Assembly: GCA_965205595.1 (NCBI GenBank) | Contig: CBDBHI010000028.1 | Coordinates: 10,903-74,902, forward strand | From: Bryobacterales bacterium | GTDB taxonomy: Bacteria > Acidobacteriota > Terriglobia > Bryobacterales > UBA6623 | Length of the DNA stretch: 64,000 bases | Reading direction: 5' to 3' | Part shown: positions 1 to 10,455 of the stretch, piece after piece | Layout of the letters: each line of letters opens with the position of its first letter | Position numbering within the stretch: position 1 is the stretch's first letter | The notes under the pieces: model-generated | Database searches by the model: none | What the model was told of the DNA's origin: nothing | The model's input: only the letters and a program-made list of their open reading frames with translations | Program-made: the position numbers and the translations under genes

Positions 1-402
1 GTTGAGGCTGCCCCAGGAGACGTGCTTCGCGCGGTCGGTGGAAAAATTCCGAAGTGGGAGGGGGCGTCGGAGTCGTTCAAACGGAGCGACGACGGCGGCT
101 GCTTCGACGGCGATTCGTATAAAGCTCGGCCGCTGGACAGCATATGGGCGACGGCGCCATATCTACACAACGGCTCCGTGCCAAATTTATGGGAACTGCT
201 GAAAACGGAGGCCGATCGCGTCACTTCGTTCAAAATGGGCAGCCGCTCATTCGATCCCATAAACGTCGGCTACGTCACCAGCGAAGGTGGCTTTACGTTC
301 GACACCTCGCTCGAAGGAAACTTGAACAGCGGCCACAAGTGGGGTACGGAACTTACCGACGACGAGAAGTGGGCTCTCGTCGAATACGTGAAAAGTCTCT
401 AG
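1..402 (+). CDS. C-terminal part of a RoxA-like / di-heme cytochrome c peroxidase-family protein (5'-truncated by window)
   Basis: Motif YKARPLDSIWATAPYLHNGSVPNLWELL and C-terminal GNLNSGHKWG...ALVEYVKSL, typical of RoxA/MauG-like proteins. Confidence 0.75.
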   Translation, partial: VEAAPGDVLRAVGGKIPKWEGASESFKRSDDGGCFDGDSYKARPLDSIWATAPYLHNGSVPNLWELLKTEADRVTSFKMGSRSFDPINVGYVTSEGGFTFDTSLEGNLNSGHKWGTELTDDEKWALVEYVKSL

Positions 403-407
403 TCGAC

Positions 408-1757
408 TCAGCCCCAGCGCAGTGTATATGCCTCTGGGAACGGTGTGCCCTTATAGTCGATTTTCGTTTCGGCGCGTACGTTTTTGAGCACGACCTGGCG
501 AACCATCTCGGGGATCATCACCATGCCCACGTACTTCCCTAGGCATTCGTGCGAGGCGAAGCCAAAGTTGAAGTGGTGATACCAATTGCGGTTCGGATTA
601 AACGTATCCGGATCTTCAAAGGCGTAACTATCAAACATCGCCGACTGCGTAATCGCAAGGACATTTGTTCCGGCGCTGACAGTCGTTTCACGCTCAGTTC
701 CCTTCGCAATTGTGTAGTCCTGCGACGCTGTCCGAAACAAATATGGGCTTATGGGCACGAACCGCAGCGCCTCCCAAACCATCGAATCGAACTCAGCCGG
801 ATCGTCGCGTTTGGCTGCGGACTGCGCACGCGCCATCAAGTCAGGCCGCTCGATGAGGAACTCGATAACTTGCGAAACCGCCTGCGACGTAGTCTCGATA
901 GCGCCAATCAACAGACCGCCCGCGTTCGCGCCCAGACGAAGTAGCGAAAAGTCGACTTCCTTGGCGAACGTCGACGCGAGCATGCGCGAAACGATATCGT
1001 CTTTCGCCGGCTCCGGCTTCTTACCGAACAACCGGCCGATCAGAGCCTTAGCCGCGTACCAACCGATAAGCAGAATATTCTTTGCCTGCTTGGCCTTTAC
1101 GGCGATGATTTTGCGGCCAATCAGCATCGCCATATACTCGCCCAGCTTCTTGCCCACGGCCTCGCGTTGAGAAACGATCTCTTGAAATTTCTCGGGCGAA
1201 TTCAGATCGAACGGTTGATTATGGAACGCATCGTACTGGTTCCAATACGACCACTCAATCAACTCGGCCTTGTCCACGCCGTCAAGCCCGAAGTATTCCT
1301 GGACCAAGACCGCGGGTACGACGCGGCAGTACTTGTTAACGATCTCGATCTCGCCGCCGGCGCTATCGAGCACTTCTTTGCCTGCATCCCCGACGAGCGC
1401 ACGCACGCGCGGCAGGTCGTCGCGATTCAGCATGCCCTGCATGATCGACTTCTCGCGATAATGCAGCGCGTCGTCGTCATGGGCCATCAAATAGCCTTCC
1501 TCGGTGTCGGTAACGCCCATCTTCGGCTTGTAGAGATCGACGGTGAAAACCTTCGGCATTTGCAACATGTCGCGAACGTCCGCAAATAGCGTCACGAGGG
1601 TGCATTCGGGCGTGACGAGCACTGGGCGACGCTCGCGAAGCTGCTTGAACAAAGCCAACGGCTCGGAGTGCATCCACTTTTTAATCAATGGGAACTTGTC
1701 GTCCGCCGAAGCCGCGTCATATTCGGAAAGATAATCTCGTGAAGGTGGGCTGCTCAT
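408..1757 (-). CDS. Cytochrome P450
   Basis: Heme-ligand motif FGFASHECLG, K-helix EALR, I-helix GAIETT. Confidence 0.92.
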   Translation of the reverse strand: MSSPPSRDYLSEYDAASADDKFPLIKKWMHSEPLALFKQLRERRPVLVTPECTLVTLFADVRDMLQMPKVFTVDLYKPKMGVTDTEEGYLMAHDDDALHYREKSIMQGMLNRDDLPRVRALVGDAGKEVLDSAGGEIEIVNKYCRVVPAVLVQEYFGLDGVDKAELIEWSYWNQYDAFHNQPFDLNSPEKFQEIVSQREAVGKKLGEYMAMLIGRKIIAVKAKQAKNILLIGWYAAKALIGRLFGKKPEPAKDDIVSRMLASTFAKEVDFSLLRLGANAGGLLIGAIETTSQAVSQVIEFLIERPDLMARAQSAAKRDDPAEFDSMVWEALRFVPISPYLFRTASQDYTIAKGTERETTVSAGTNVLAITQSAMFDSYAFEDPDTFNPNRNWYHHFNFGFASHECLGKYVGMVMIPEMVRQVVLKNVRAETKIDYKGTPFPEAYTLRWG

Positions 1758-2006
1758 TTAGTTTGCTCCATAATGCCGCCATGTTCTGGCCGGCCACGGG
1801 TAAATCAAGACTAGCGCGTCCGAAAAGGATATTCAATTGTTTTTATTAGGATCGCCTGTGTTGGCGCGGTGAAACGGGAGAATGCCATAGCGTGGAGGAT
1901 CAAATCCCAGTGTTCCACTCTGGGACTGCAGTTTGCACATTTCGATTCGGCCGCGCTTATTGAAAAAAGTCTACTTCGCCACTTCTGGCCAAACTCGCAA
2001 AAAGTC

Positions 2007-3032
2007 CTAAAGCGTCTCGGTCGAAGCGGGGCGGGCACTCTCAAACACTCGAAACAAGGTGTCCATGTCAGACGAGTCGAGCTGAATATCAAGCCGAATC
2101 TCGTCGCCGCTATCGAGGACGTTGATGTGTTCGAATAGAGCGCCCAGCTCGCCCGTTTCCGGGGTTAGCATCAGCTTCCCCATCGAGACGAAACCTCTCA
2201 CCGCCGAAGCGAGCTCGCGGGCGTTTTCCGGCGAGTCACATTCACCGCGCAGATGGAGGTCGAATCCATTCATCACGTCGAGATAGATTTCGGACTCCTC
2301 CATGTCGCTCAGAATTTTCAAGATCTGCATTTGAGGCCCGGGAACGTCGTCAGGCACATTCAACGCGGTCGGCACGGGCGTCGATTCAGAGACCGCCCAA
2401 TACTGCCCCAGCGCGCTAACGTGCTGCGCGCGCTCGACCAACTCTGGCTTCTCAGTCAGGCCCGCTGCCACGCCCGCGTTACGCTCAACGACAGCCATGA
2501 CCTGATCGACAACGCCCGCGACAATCGTCGAGTCGTCAATGAATGTCATCGCGTAAATCGGAATCTTGAGCTGATCGTCGGAGCCTTCTGGCCGCTGCCG
2601 CGGGAATCGATATACGTTGAGACCTCTCGATTCGAGGGCCTCAGCGCCCGAGCCGGTGACCGACTCAATGATTCGATCCCGATTGAATCCTCCAGTCGCA
2701 AATACGACAAACGGCATGTCCTCGTTGCGGTCCGCGCCTTGAGCCCAACCTGCTAACACGATCGAGTTCAATTCTGTCCGCGGGTCAATACCGGTATTTC
2801 CGATGAGATCGCCCCAAATCTCGTTCGACTTATCGCCTAGCGCATTTTCCCAGCGGCGATACAAATCGGTCTGTCGCAGAGCAGCGAAATCGAACCCCGA
2901 TATTTGCGAAGTGTCTGGTGGCAGCAACGGCATGAGTCGCCCGTCCACCTGCTCGCAGCGTCCCGCGGCCGGAAGGCATAGAGCCAGCAAAACTACGACC
3001 GGCGACAGTAGAGAAACGCAGTAATGTCGCAT
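2007..3032 (-). CDS. Exported hypothetical protein
   Basis: 341-aa ORF with N-terminal signal peptide; no recognisable catalytic motif. Confidence 0.7.
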   Translation of the reverse strand: MRHYCVSLLSPVVVLLALCLPAAGRCEQVDGRLMPLLPPDTSQISGFDFAALRQTDLYRRWENALGDKSNEIWGDLIGNTGIDPRTELNSIVLAGWAQGADRNEDMPFVVFATGGFNRDRIIESVTGSGAEALESRGLNVYRFPRQRPEGSDDQLKIPIYAMTFIDDSTIVAGVVDQVMAVVERNAGVAAGLTEKPELVERAQHVSALGQYWAVSESTPVPTALNVPDDVPGPQMQILKILSDMEESEIYLDVMNGFDLHLRGECDSPENARELASAVRGFVSMGKLMLTPETGELGALFEHINVLDSGDEIRLDIQLDSSDMDTLFRVFESARPASTETL

Positions 3033-3114
3033 CGCGGAATCGAGCCTCCACTAACTCTACGAATATAGACGCCGTTTCGTGCGATTTGTTTACACCCGGC
3101 GGAAAGCGGCGCGC

Positions 3115-4377
3115 CTACTCGTCGCTAAGCTCGAATGCCGCCCCGACGCCGGAAAGTTTTTCGGCCAGTCCTTCATACCCCCGCTCCAAGTGATAAATGC
3201 GATGAACTTCCGTCTTCCCCTCGGCAACAAGTCCGGCCAATACCAGACTGGCGCTGGCCCGCAAATCCGACGCCATGACGTCCGCTCCAGATAGCCCTGT
3301 CTTGCCACGCACGACCGCGCGGCTTCCTTCAATCTCAATTTCGGCGCCCATGCGCTGCAGTTCAGAAGCGTGCATGAAGCGATTTTCGAAAATGGTCTCG
3401 ACGACGTTGGATTGACCCACCGCCTGCGTCATTAGCGCCATGAATTGCGCCTGCATATCGGTAGGAAAGCCGGGATGTTCTCGAGTCGTCACATCGACCG
3501 CTCGAAGATCGCCACCACCTCTCACTCTTAGCGAGGTCTTGCTCGGGGCTGATATTTCACACCCGGCCTGGCCCATTTTTTCGAGTAGCGCTCCAAGGTG
3601 TGAGCGATCCACGTCCTCAAGCGTCAATTCGTCGGCCACTAAGGCGCCTGCGATCAAGAAGGTTCCCGTCTCGATGCGGTCCGGGATAATGTCGTGCTCA
3701 GCGCCATGTAGCCGATCGACTCCCTGCACGCGAATCGTTTTGCTGCCGGCGCCGTCGATCCGAGCGCCCATCTTTGTCAGAAGGTTTGCGAGATCGACCA
3801 CTTCAGGCTCGCGAGCGGCGTTGTCGAGGACCGTCTCGCCGTTCGCCAGCACCGCCGCCATCATCAAGTCTTCGGTGCCGGTAACTGTGACTCGTTTGAA
3901 GTGAATATGCCCGCCGACCAATCCACCGTCCGGGGCGATCGCTTCGATGTAGCCTCGGTCTTGATGGATCGCGGCGCCCAGCTTTTCGAGACCAGCCAAG
4001 TGCAAGTCGATCGGGCGCGCGCCAATCGCGCAGCCACCCGGCAAAGAAACACGAGCCCGCCCACAGCGCGCCGCCAGCGGTCCGAGCACCAGGCTCGATG
4101 CGCGCATTGTCTTGACGAGATCGTACGGAGCTTCGGGTGTCAACCCACTTCCTGCCCGAATCGTGTAGGTGTTCCCGTCGCCGGCCACGTCCGCTCCGAT
4201 GCTTTCAAGCAACCGCGCCATGGTGCGGATGTCGACGACGCCAGGAATCCTGCCCAGACGAACCCGGTCATCCGTAAGCAGCGTCGCCGCCAGGGCCGGC
4301 AGCGCGGCGTTCTTGGCCCCGCTTATCCGAATCGCCCCCGAGAGCCGATGACCGCCTTCAATCGACAATTTCCGCAT
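3115..4377 (-). CDS. murA: UDP-N-acetylglucosamine 1-carboxyvinyltransferase
   Basis: [20 protein letters not shown] (catalytic Cys), [16 protein letters not shown] motifs. Confidence 0.98.
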   Translation of the reverse strand: MRKLSIEGGHRLSGAIRISGAKNAALPALAATLLTDDRVRLGRIPGVVDIRTMARLLESIGADVAGDGNTYTIRAGSGLTPEAPYDLVKTMRASSLVLGPLAARCGRARVSLPGGCAIGARPIDLHLAGLEKLGAAIHQDRGYIEAIAPDGGLVGGHIHFKRVTVTGTEDLMMAAVLANGETVLDNAAREPEVVDLANLLTKMGARIDGAGSKTIRVQGVDRLHGAEHDIIPDRIETGTFLIAGALVADELTLEDVDRSHLGALLEKMGQAGCEISAPSKTSLRVRGGGDLRAVDVTTREHPGFPTDMQAQFMALMTQAVGQSNVVETIFENRFMHASELQRMGAEIEIEGSRAVVRGKTGLSGADVMASDLRASASLVLAGLVAEGKTEVHRIYHLERGYEGLAEKLSGVGAAFELSDE

Positions 4378-4636
4378 GTAATGCTCGATGAACCCGCCAT
4401 CGCAAGGCCCTCACCCTTTATCTAGCCACAGCCCAGCAGCGGAATGCAGGTCATACTCGTGCAGCCTCGTCTGGAGTCGAACTGCGCGAATTCGGAACCG
4501 TAACCCGCCGCCTGCCCAATCCGCCTACTCTGGCAAGGGGTAAACCCCCGCCGCGCCGTGCCGCAGCGTAGCTATTCCATGCGGCCCGACTCACCGTCGT
4601 TTAGAGTATGAATAGCTCGGGAGCGTAATCAACGCC

Positions 4637-6019
4637 ATGAAGTCTAGAATCCTCCGCGTATGCCTATTGGTCCTGATCGGAGCCGTCGCGGCTTGGAGCG
4701 AGGGATCAGGCTCGAACTGGGCTCAGTGGCGGGGTCCGAACCACAACGGCGCCAATCCCGCCGCGAAAAACTTGGCGGTCGAGTGGGATACAGAAAAGAA
4801 TGTTGTCTGGAAGACCGCCTTGCCGAGTTGGAGTGCCGCGACTCCGATTATCTGGGGCGACACGATTTTCGTCACCTCCCCGGAAGAGGGCTTCAACACC
4901 GCACAAAGCTACGCATCCGGACGCGGAGGACGGGGTGGAGCCGCTCGGAAGAAGGCCGGCGGAGCATCGCGCTTAGGCGCGCCGGGTGGCGACAAGGGTC
5001 AGATATCGCTGCTCGCCATCAATCGCTCCAACGGCGCGATCAAGTGGCACGCCATCATTGGCGGCGGCAACCGCATCTACCGTAAGCAAAACTTGTCTTC
5101 ACCCTCGCCAGTAACAGACGGCCGGCGTGTTTGGACGATGACGGGCTCGGGCACGCTCTGTAGTCACGACTTCAAGGGCGAAAAATACTGGGAGCGCAAT
5201 ATTCCTCAGGAGTACGGCGCGTTCGGCCTCAACCACGGCTACGCATCGACGCCGCTGCTTCATCGCGGGAGGCTTTATATTCAAGTGCTGCACGGCATGA
5301 AAACCGACGATCCGTCGTACGTTTTCGCCGTAGACCCGACAACGGGCAAGACCATCTGGAAGGTTGAGCGACCCACTGACGCGGACTACGAATCTCCGGA
5401 TGACTACTCGACCCCAATCGTCGTGCGTGTCAAGGGCAAGGAGCAACTCATCGTTTCAGGCGGCGACTACGTTACCGGCCACGATCTAGCAAGCGGCAAC
5501 GAACTTTGGCGAATGGGCGGACTCAACCCCGACCACCAGCGCGCATATCGCACGATTGCGTCTTCGATCAACATCGGTGATACCGTCTACACCCCCAGCA
5601 CGCGAGGGAATCCGTTCATCGCGTTCAAGGCCGGGGGCGAAGGTTGGATCACCGACACCGCGAGAGTTTGGGAGAACGCGCTCGGCGCCGACGTCCCGAC
5701 TCCGACGACTGACGGCAAAAATATCTACGTCATCAACGATCGCGGCATTCTGATAGTCCTCGATGCGAAAACCGGCGACCTTGTGATTGAGCGGAAACGC
5801 CTGGAACCTGGCACCTACAGTTCGTCACCGCTGCTTGCGGACGGAAAGATTTACGCGACCAATGAAGAGGGCTCGACATCAGTCATCCAAGCGGGCGGCG
5901 AATACGACATCCTCGCGGTCAACAAGCTTGGCAGCCACACGCTAGCGAGCCCGGTCGCGGTTGACGATCGACTCTACATTAGGACCGCGGATCACCTATA
6001 CTGCATCGCAAAGAAGTAA
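4637..6019 (+). CDS. Secreted PQQ-like beta-propeller (BamB-like) protein
   Basis: Signal peptide, NWAQWRGP start, repeated SSP/STP and GxxxW blade motifs. Confidence 0.85.
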   Translation: MKSRILRVCLLVLIGAVAAWSEGSGSNWAQWRGPNHNGANPAAKNLAVEWDTEKNVVWKTALPSWSAATPIIWGDTIFVTSPEEGFNTAQSYASGRGGRGGAARKKAGGASRLGAPGGDKGQISLLAINRSNGAIKWHAIIGGGNRIYRKQNLSSPSPVTDGRRVWTMTGSGTLCSHDFKGEKYWERNIPQEYGAFGLNHGYASTPLLHRGRLYIQVLHGMKTDDPSYVFAVDPTTGKTIWKVERPTDADYESPDDYSTPIVVRVKGKEQLIVSGGDYVTGHDLASGNELWRMGGLNPDHQRAYRTIASSINIGDTVYTPSTRGNPFIAFKAGGEGWITDTARVWENALGADVPTPTTDGKNIYVINDRGILIVLDAKTGDLVIERKRLEPGTYSSSPLLADGKIYATNEEGSTSVIQAGGEYDILAVNKLGSHTLASPVAVDDRLYIRTADHLYCIAKK

Positions 6020-6027
6020 AAGCGGTT

Positions 6028-6267
6028 ATGGCGGAAGAAATACGGCTCGGCGACATCATCGATGACTACTGCGCGAAGTGTAAAGCCATCTTGAATCACT
6101 CAGTCGTTTCGATGGTTAATGGTGAGCCCGCGCAAACGGAATGCCGCACCTGTTACAGCGCTCACAAGTACCGCCACGCCAAGGCGGGCAAGAAAAAACC
6201 CGACAGTGCGAAGCAAGCGCTCTTCGACGAAGTGTTGGGTAAAATTGGGCCGCCCGGCGCGCGTTAG
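6028..6267 (+). CDS. Small Zn-ribbon-like hypothetical protein
   Basis: 79 aa with CAKC and CRTC pairs; starts just after the propeller gene. Confidence 0.7.
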   Translation: MAEEIRLGDIIDDYCAKCKAILNHSVVSMVNGEPAQTECRTCYSAHKYRHAKAGKKKPDSAKQALFDEVLGKIGPPGAR

Positions 6268-6687
6268 CTACAACTGAATCGCGAAGTGATGGCTGGTGAT
6301 ATCCATTCGATGATTCAAGTAAAAGCGATGCGCCCCATAACGCTGAACTCCTGAGTCTAGGTGCAACTCCGCGCACTCGCGTTTTCGCGCCCAAGCGATC
6401 AACCATTCAAGCATCGCGTCACCATGTCCGGCGGATCGCTGCTCTGCCTTGGTCACCAAATCGTCGACGTAGACATGACGTCCCCAGGCCAAGCTTTCGC
6501 GGAGCCAGAACCCGGTCACGCAGACGACTTCGCCATCCACCGTGCCACGAGCCAAGTGAAATCCTTTCAACTCCTGCTTGCGTACCTGACGGGTAAACGC
6601 TTCCTCGTCAAATTGCGGGCGCAGCTCGACCATCACCGGAAAACAGGCCACAATCCCGTCACGGCTTTTCGTCTCTTCGATAGTCAC
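6268..6687 (-). CDS. GNAT family N-acetyltransferase
   Basis: YVDDLVT...RSAGHG, LHLDSGVQRYGAHRFY motifs. Confidence 0.9.
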   Translation of the reverse strand: MTIEETKSRDGIVACFPVMVELRPQFDEEAFTRQVRKQELKGFHLARGTVDGEVVCVTGFWLRESLAWGRHVYVDDLVTKAEQRSAGHGDAMLEWLIAWARKRECAELHLDSGVQRYGAHRFYLNHRMDITSHHFAIQL

Positions 6688-6826
6688 GACTGAATCTCAG
6701 ATTCTACGATACCGCCCACGCGAGCCCGCGATTCTCGCCAAATGGTGATAAATGAGGGCTCGGTCCGACGGCTGCTAAAGCGAAAGCCCGACCCCCGCCC
6801 TCAAGTAGACGCCCTATTGACCTTGG

Positions 6827-8752
6827 TTGTATGCCGCCACTACCGTGAGAGTGGTAGATCACGTGTTCGGGCGTCGATATGCTTCTGGCCGACGTCTGCG
6901 AGAACGCCAAATACTCTTTTTGTCCGTGGCTAAACTAACTTCGAACCACAGCTTGAGAAGCGCGTCGAAAGCCGCACTTCTCGCTGCTATAGGTGCGGCC
7001 CAAGCCGCCGCCCAGGCTGACAATTTCGAACCGATTTCAGAAGAGGCGTTCCGCCAGAACGCGGCCCAGGTCTTTTGGATGGCATTCGCCGTCGTCGCCG
7101 CATCCGCTCTATTTGTAATTGGTCTGCGTTGGTACTACAGTTGGCGGGTCGAGAAACTGCGCAGCCATCTAGGCCGCCTATACGAAATCGCTGAACACGT
7201 CCTCGTGGCGGTCGACCCCGGCGACATCGAGCAACTCGTCGTCGACTCGGCGCTGGAGATCTCCGACGCCACGCATTGCTACCTCTTGCTGGCGCGTGGG
7301 CGCCAGATGTATTACGCGTCCGGTAGCGACGTCCTCCCGGACGAGACTTTTAGCCTCGAATCACCCGCCGCGCCGGTTATCTGCTTGCGTAATCGCGAGA
7401 TCATCGAAGCCCCCGATGCCGCCAAGGCCGCCGGAATCAACAAAGACCTCGCACGGCGCCTCGAGCGTAAAGCATTGCTCTACCTTCCGATCGTCGTCGG
7501 CGAGGACTGCCTAGGCGTACTTGAAGTCGAGGACCGCCGCAAGGTGCGCCGATTCGCGAGCGAAGAGCAAGACCGCCTACGACACCTGGCCAACCTCGCG
7601 GGTGTTGGCGTCCGGCTACGCGATCAGCGAGCACTGAAAGAGCAACTGCACCGCAGCGAGAAACTCGCGGCGATCAGTGAACTCGCCGACGCCATAGCTC
7701 GCGAATTCAGCGGCGCGTTCGAGCGCATCGGTGAACTGAGCGACCGCTCAGAGTATGCGGAAGACGGCCCGCCCGAGAGTCAGAATTCCCAATTGGATGA
7801 GATTTTTCGCGAGGTTGTCCACGCTGGAGACGCACTTGACCGGCTGTTGCAGTTTACGCGGCCCCGCGAGGGCAATGTTGAAACCGTCGACGTCAACGTG
7901 CTCCTTGCGGAATTCGCAAACGCCGCGACCCGTCGGCAAGAGGGTGGTAGCGTCGGCGTAAAACTCGAACTATCTCGCGAGACCCCATTAATCCGGGGCG
8001 ACCCCGCCCATCTCGAACAAGTATTGGTTCTGCTTGGCCGCCACGCAGAGCACTTCGCTGGACTTCTCGAGAGTCCGGGTCTGAAGATCTACTCCAACGT
8101 GACAGACCAGTCGGTCATTGTTTCGTTCGTACCCGCCGGTTCCGCGCAACAATCCATCAGAGCCGCTGCTCGGCACGACCAGGCCATCGATCTCGACCGG
8201 CCGGGCCTTGGACTCACCGTTTGCCAGACCCTGATCGAACGAGCGGGCGGCACGCTCACGATCGACCGCGACAGCAGTCTTGGATTCCGAATTGAAGTTG
8301 AGTATCCGCTGTCGAGGCGCGAGTGGGACAACCCGCATACCGCTAACCCGCCTGGCGCCGGTCAAGATCGTGACCGCACGCTCTCGGCGCTTATCTGTGA
8401 GCCCGACGACGAGGCCGAGGAGTTGCTAACGCAGCATCTTTCCGAACTCAACTGTCGGGTCGTTCCGGTAGGCTCAGCGCAAGAAGCGATCGATCTGTGT
8501 AGTCAAGTCGACTTCGATTGGGTTTTCTGCGCGCTACAGCCGCGAGGGATGAGTGGGTTGAAGGTCTACGAGCGTGTCCATCACCGTGTCGAGCGCTTCA
8601 TCTTTCTCGTTGACGGGAACGGCGGCGACGGTAGCGGTTCATTCCCGGGCCCAGGCCGGGCGGCATTGCAAAAGCCGTTCGACCCCGACGAAATTAACTC
8701 GCTGTTGAGCGGCTTCTGGTCAGACGCCGCTACGGTCCCGGCCGACCAATAG
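6827..8752 (+). CDS. Membrane GAF / histidine-kinase-like / receiver-like hybrid protein with degenerate phosphorelay motifs (start uncertain)
   Basis: TM helix, GAF domain, EKLAAIxEL coiled coil, GLGL G2 box, C-terminal REC-like domain with KPF. Confidence 0.8.
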   Translation: MYAATTVRVVDHVFGRRYASGRRLRERQILFLSVAKLTSNHSLRSASKAALLAAIGAAQAAAQADNFEPISEEAFRQNAAQVFWMAFAVVAASALFVIGLRWYYSWRVEKLRSHLGRLYEIAEHVLVAVDPGDIEQLVVDSALEISDATHCYLLLARGRQMYYASGSDVLPDETFSLESPAAPVICLRNREIIEAPDAAKAAGINKDLARRLERKALLYLPIVVGEDCLGVLEVEDRRKVRRFASEEQDRLRHLANLAGVGVRLRDQRALKEQLHRSEKLAAISELADAIAREFSGAFERIGELSDRSEYAEDGPPESQNSQLDEIFREVVHAGDALDRLLQFTRPREGNVETVDVNVLLAEFANAATRRQEGGSVGVKLELSRETPLIRGDPAHLEQVLVLLGRHAEHFAGLLESPGLKIYSNVTDQSVIVSFVPAGSAQQSIRAAARHDQAIDLDRPGLGLTVCQTLIERAGGTLTIDRDSSLGFRIEVEYPLSRREWDNPHTANPPGAGQDRDRTLSALICEPDDEAEELLTQHLSELNCRVVPVGSAQEAIDLCSQVDFDWVFCALQPRGMSGLKVYERVHHRVERFIFLVDGNGGDGSGSFPGPGRAALQKPFDPDEINSLLSGFWSDAATVPADQ

Positions 8753-8815
8753 AACTTCTTCTGGGTAGCTTACTGACCGCCCCCGGTTACTGCTAAGCTG
8801 TCGGCGGAAATCGCA

Positions 8816-10048
8816 ATGCTTTGGAATGCCAATGACCGTCGACGATTCTTTCACTCTATGCTCGGTCTGCCGGGACTAGGCGTGTTGGCGGCGGGCTCAC
8901 TACAAGCCGCTCAAGGTAGCAAGCCGGCCGCACCCGTACGCGATGTTCTCGACGAACTGCGCGTGCGTACGTTCATCAATGCTGCAGGCACCTACACGCG
9001 CCTTACGGCGTCCCTCATGCCCTCCGAGGTGGTTGCAGCGATTCGAGCCGCATCCACGAAGTTTGTGCCCTTAGACGAGCTCCACGAGAAGGCAGGCGCC
9101 TACCTTGCGAAGCGTCTAGAATGCGAGGCCGTGCTGGTTACCGCCGGCTGTGCCTCGGCTCTGACAATGGGCACGGCTGCATCTATCGCCGGCGACGACG
9201 CGGCAATGATCAAGCGCTTGCCCGATACCGCGGGCATGAAGAGCGAAGTGATCATTCAAAAGTCCCATCGCAACGGATACGATCACGCCATTCGCAACAC
9301 CGGCGCGAAACTGATCGAGGTAGAAACGGCGCAAGAACTCGATGCGGCGATCGGCGCCAACACAGCGATGCTTTTCTATCTCAACCACGCCGCGAACGAT
9401 GGTCAAATCGGTCACGAGGAGTTCGTCAAGATCGGCAAGAAACACTCGGTCCCAACGATGATCGATGCCGCCGCCGATGTCCCACCGGTGGAGAATCTTT
9501 TTCGCTTCACAAAGCTAGGTTACGACCTCGTTACTATTTCCGGCGGCAAGGGATTACGCGGCCCCCAGTCGACCGGTCTACTGCTGGGACGCAAAGACCT
9601 GATCGCCGCGGCAACGAAAAACAATAGCCCAAACTCTGATTCGGTGGGCCGCACAAACAAGGTCAACAAAGAGGAGATCGTGGGTCTCGTGACGGCCGTT
9701 GACCTTTTCCTCGACCGCGATCACGAAGCCGTCTGGAACGCCTGGGAGAGCAGCTGCTCGCGCATTGCCAAAATGGTCGGCAGTCTAGACGGAGTCGAAA
9801 CGGAAATGTTCGTTCCTGAAATCGCGAATGTAGTGCCACATCTTCGCATTCGCTGGGATTTCGAAAAGACCTCCTTCTCCCCCAAGCAAGCGGCCGAGCA
9901 ATTGCGTCAAGGCGAGCCAAGCATTGAGGTTCGGCCTCAGTTCGATTTGGGGCTCGAAATCGCCGTCTGGATGTTGCAGCCCAATGAAGACCGCATCGTC
10001 GCGCGTCGAACGCGGGAAGTATTGGCTCAGGCGATACGGACCATCTAG
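8816..10048 (+). CDS. SelA-like PLP-dependent enzyme with Tat-like leader
   Basis: FINAAGTYT, IDAAA, ISGGKGLRGPQSTG (PLP lysine); RRRFF leader. Confidence 0.85.
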   Translation: MLWNANDRRRFFHSMLGLPGLGVLAAGSLQAAQGSKPAAPVRDVLDELRVRTFINAAGTYTRLTASLMPSEVVAAIRAASTKFVPLDELHEKAGAYLAKRLECEAVLVTAGCASALTMGTAASIAGDDAAMIKRLPDTAGMKSEVIIQKSHRNGYDHAIRNTGAKLIEVETAQELDAAIGANTAMLFYLNHAANDGQIGHEEFVKIGKKHSVPTMIDAAADVPPVENLFRFTKLGYDLVTISGGKGLRGPQSTGLLLGRKDLIAAATKNNSPNSDSVGRTNKVNKEEIVGLVTAVDLFLDRDHEAVWNAWESSCSRIAKMVGSLDGVETEMFVPEIANVVPHLRIRWDFEKTSFSPKQAAEQLRQGEPSIEVRPQFDLGLEIAVWMLQPNEDRIVARRTREVLAQAIRTI

Positions 10049-10428
10049 TGCGAGCGTTGCCCGCTGTAGGCTTCAAGCAAGCGATGCGGCAGGCGTTGCG
10101 GCTGCGCTGCCCGGTGTGCGGAATTGGCCGGCCTTTCTCAGGCTTCTTCGAGATGGAAGCAGATTGCACCGCGTGCAGTTTTCACTTTGAACGAGAGCCG
10201 GGATATTTCCTAGGCGCGATGTATGTCAGCTACTTTATGTGCGCGGCGTTCTTGCTGCCGACAGTCGCCGCCGCGCTATTGCTGAAACTTTCGGTTTCCA
10301 CGACCGCGGCCCTGGCGCTTGTGCAGATCGCGCCGCTCTCGCCGTTGATCTTTCGTGACTCGCGTGGAATCTGGCTGGCCGTCGACATCGTGTTGAGCCC
10401 CCTCGAGTCCCGAGAATTCAGCGACTAG
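10048..10428 (+). CDS. DUF983-like membrane protein
   Basis: RCPVCG...CTAC...FEREPGYFLGAMY followed by two TM helices. Confidence 0.75.
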   Translation: MRALPAVGFKQAMRQALRLRCPVCGIGRPFSGFFEMEADCTACSFHFEREPGYFLGAMYVSYFMCAAFLLPTVAAALLLKLSVSTTAALALVQIAPLSPLIFRDSRGIWLAVDIVLSPLESREFSD

Positions 10429-10455
10429 CAAGCAGCCAGACGGCTGGGCGCGCGA

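Noticed and set aside
8816-10048. True selenocysteine synthase selA
   Set aside because: Lacks the SelA N-terminal tRNA-binding domain, has a Tat-like leader, and no selB or selC is nearby.
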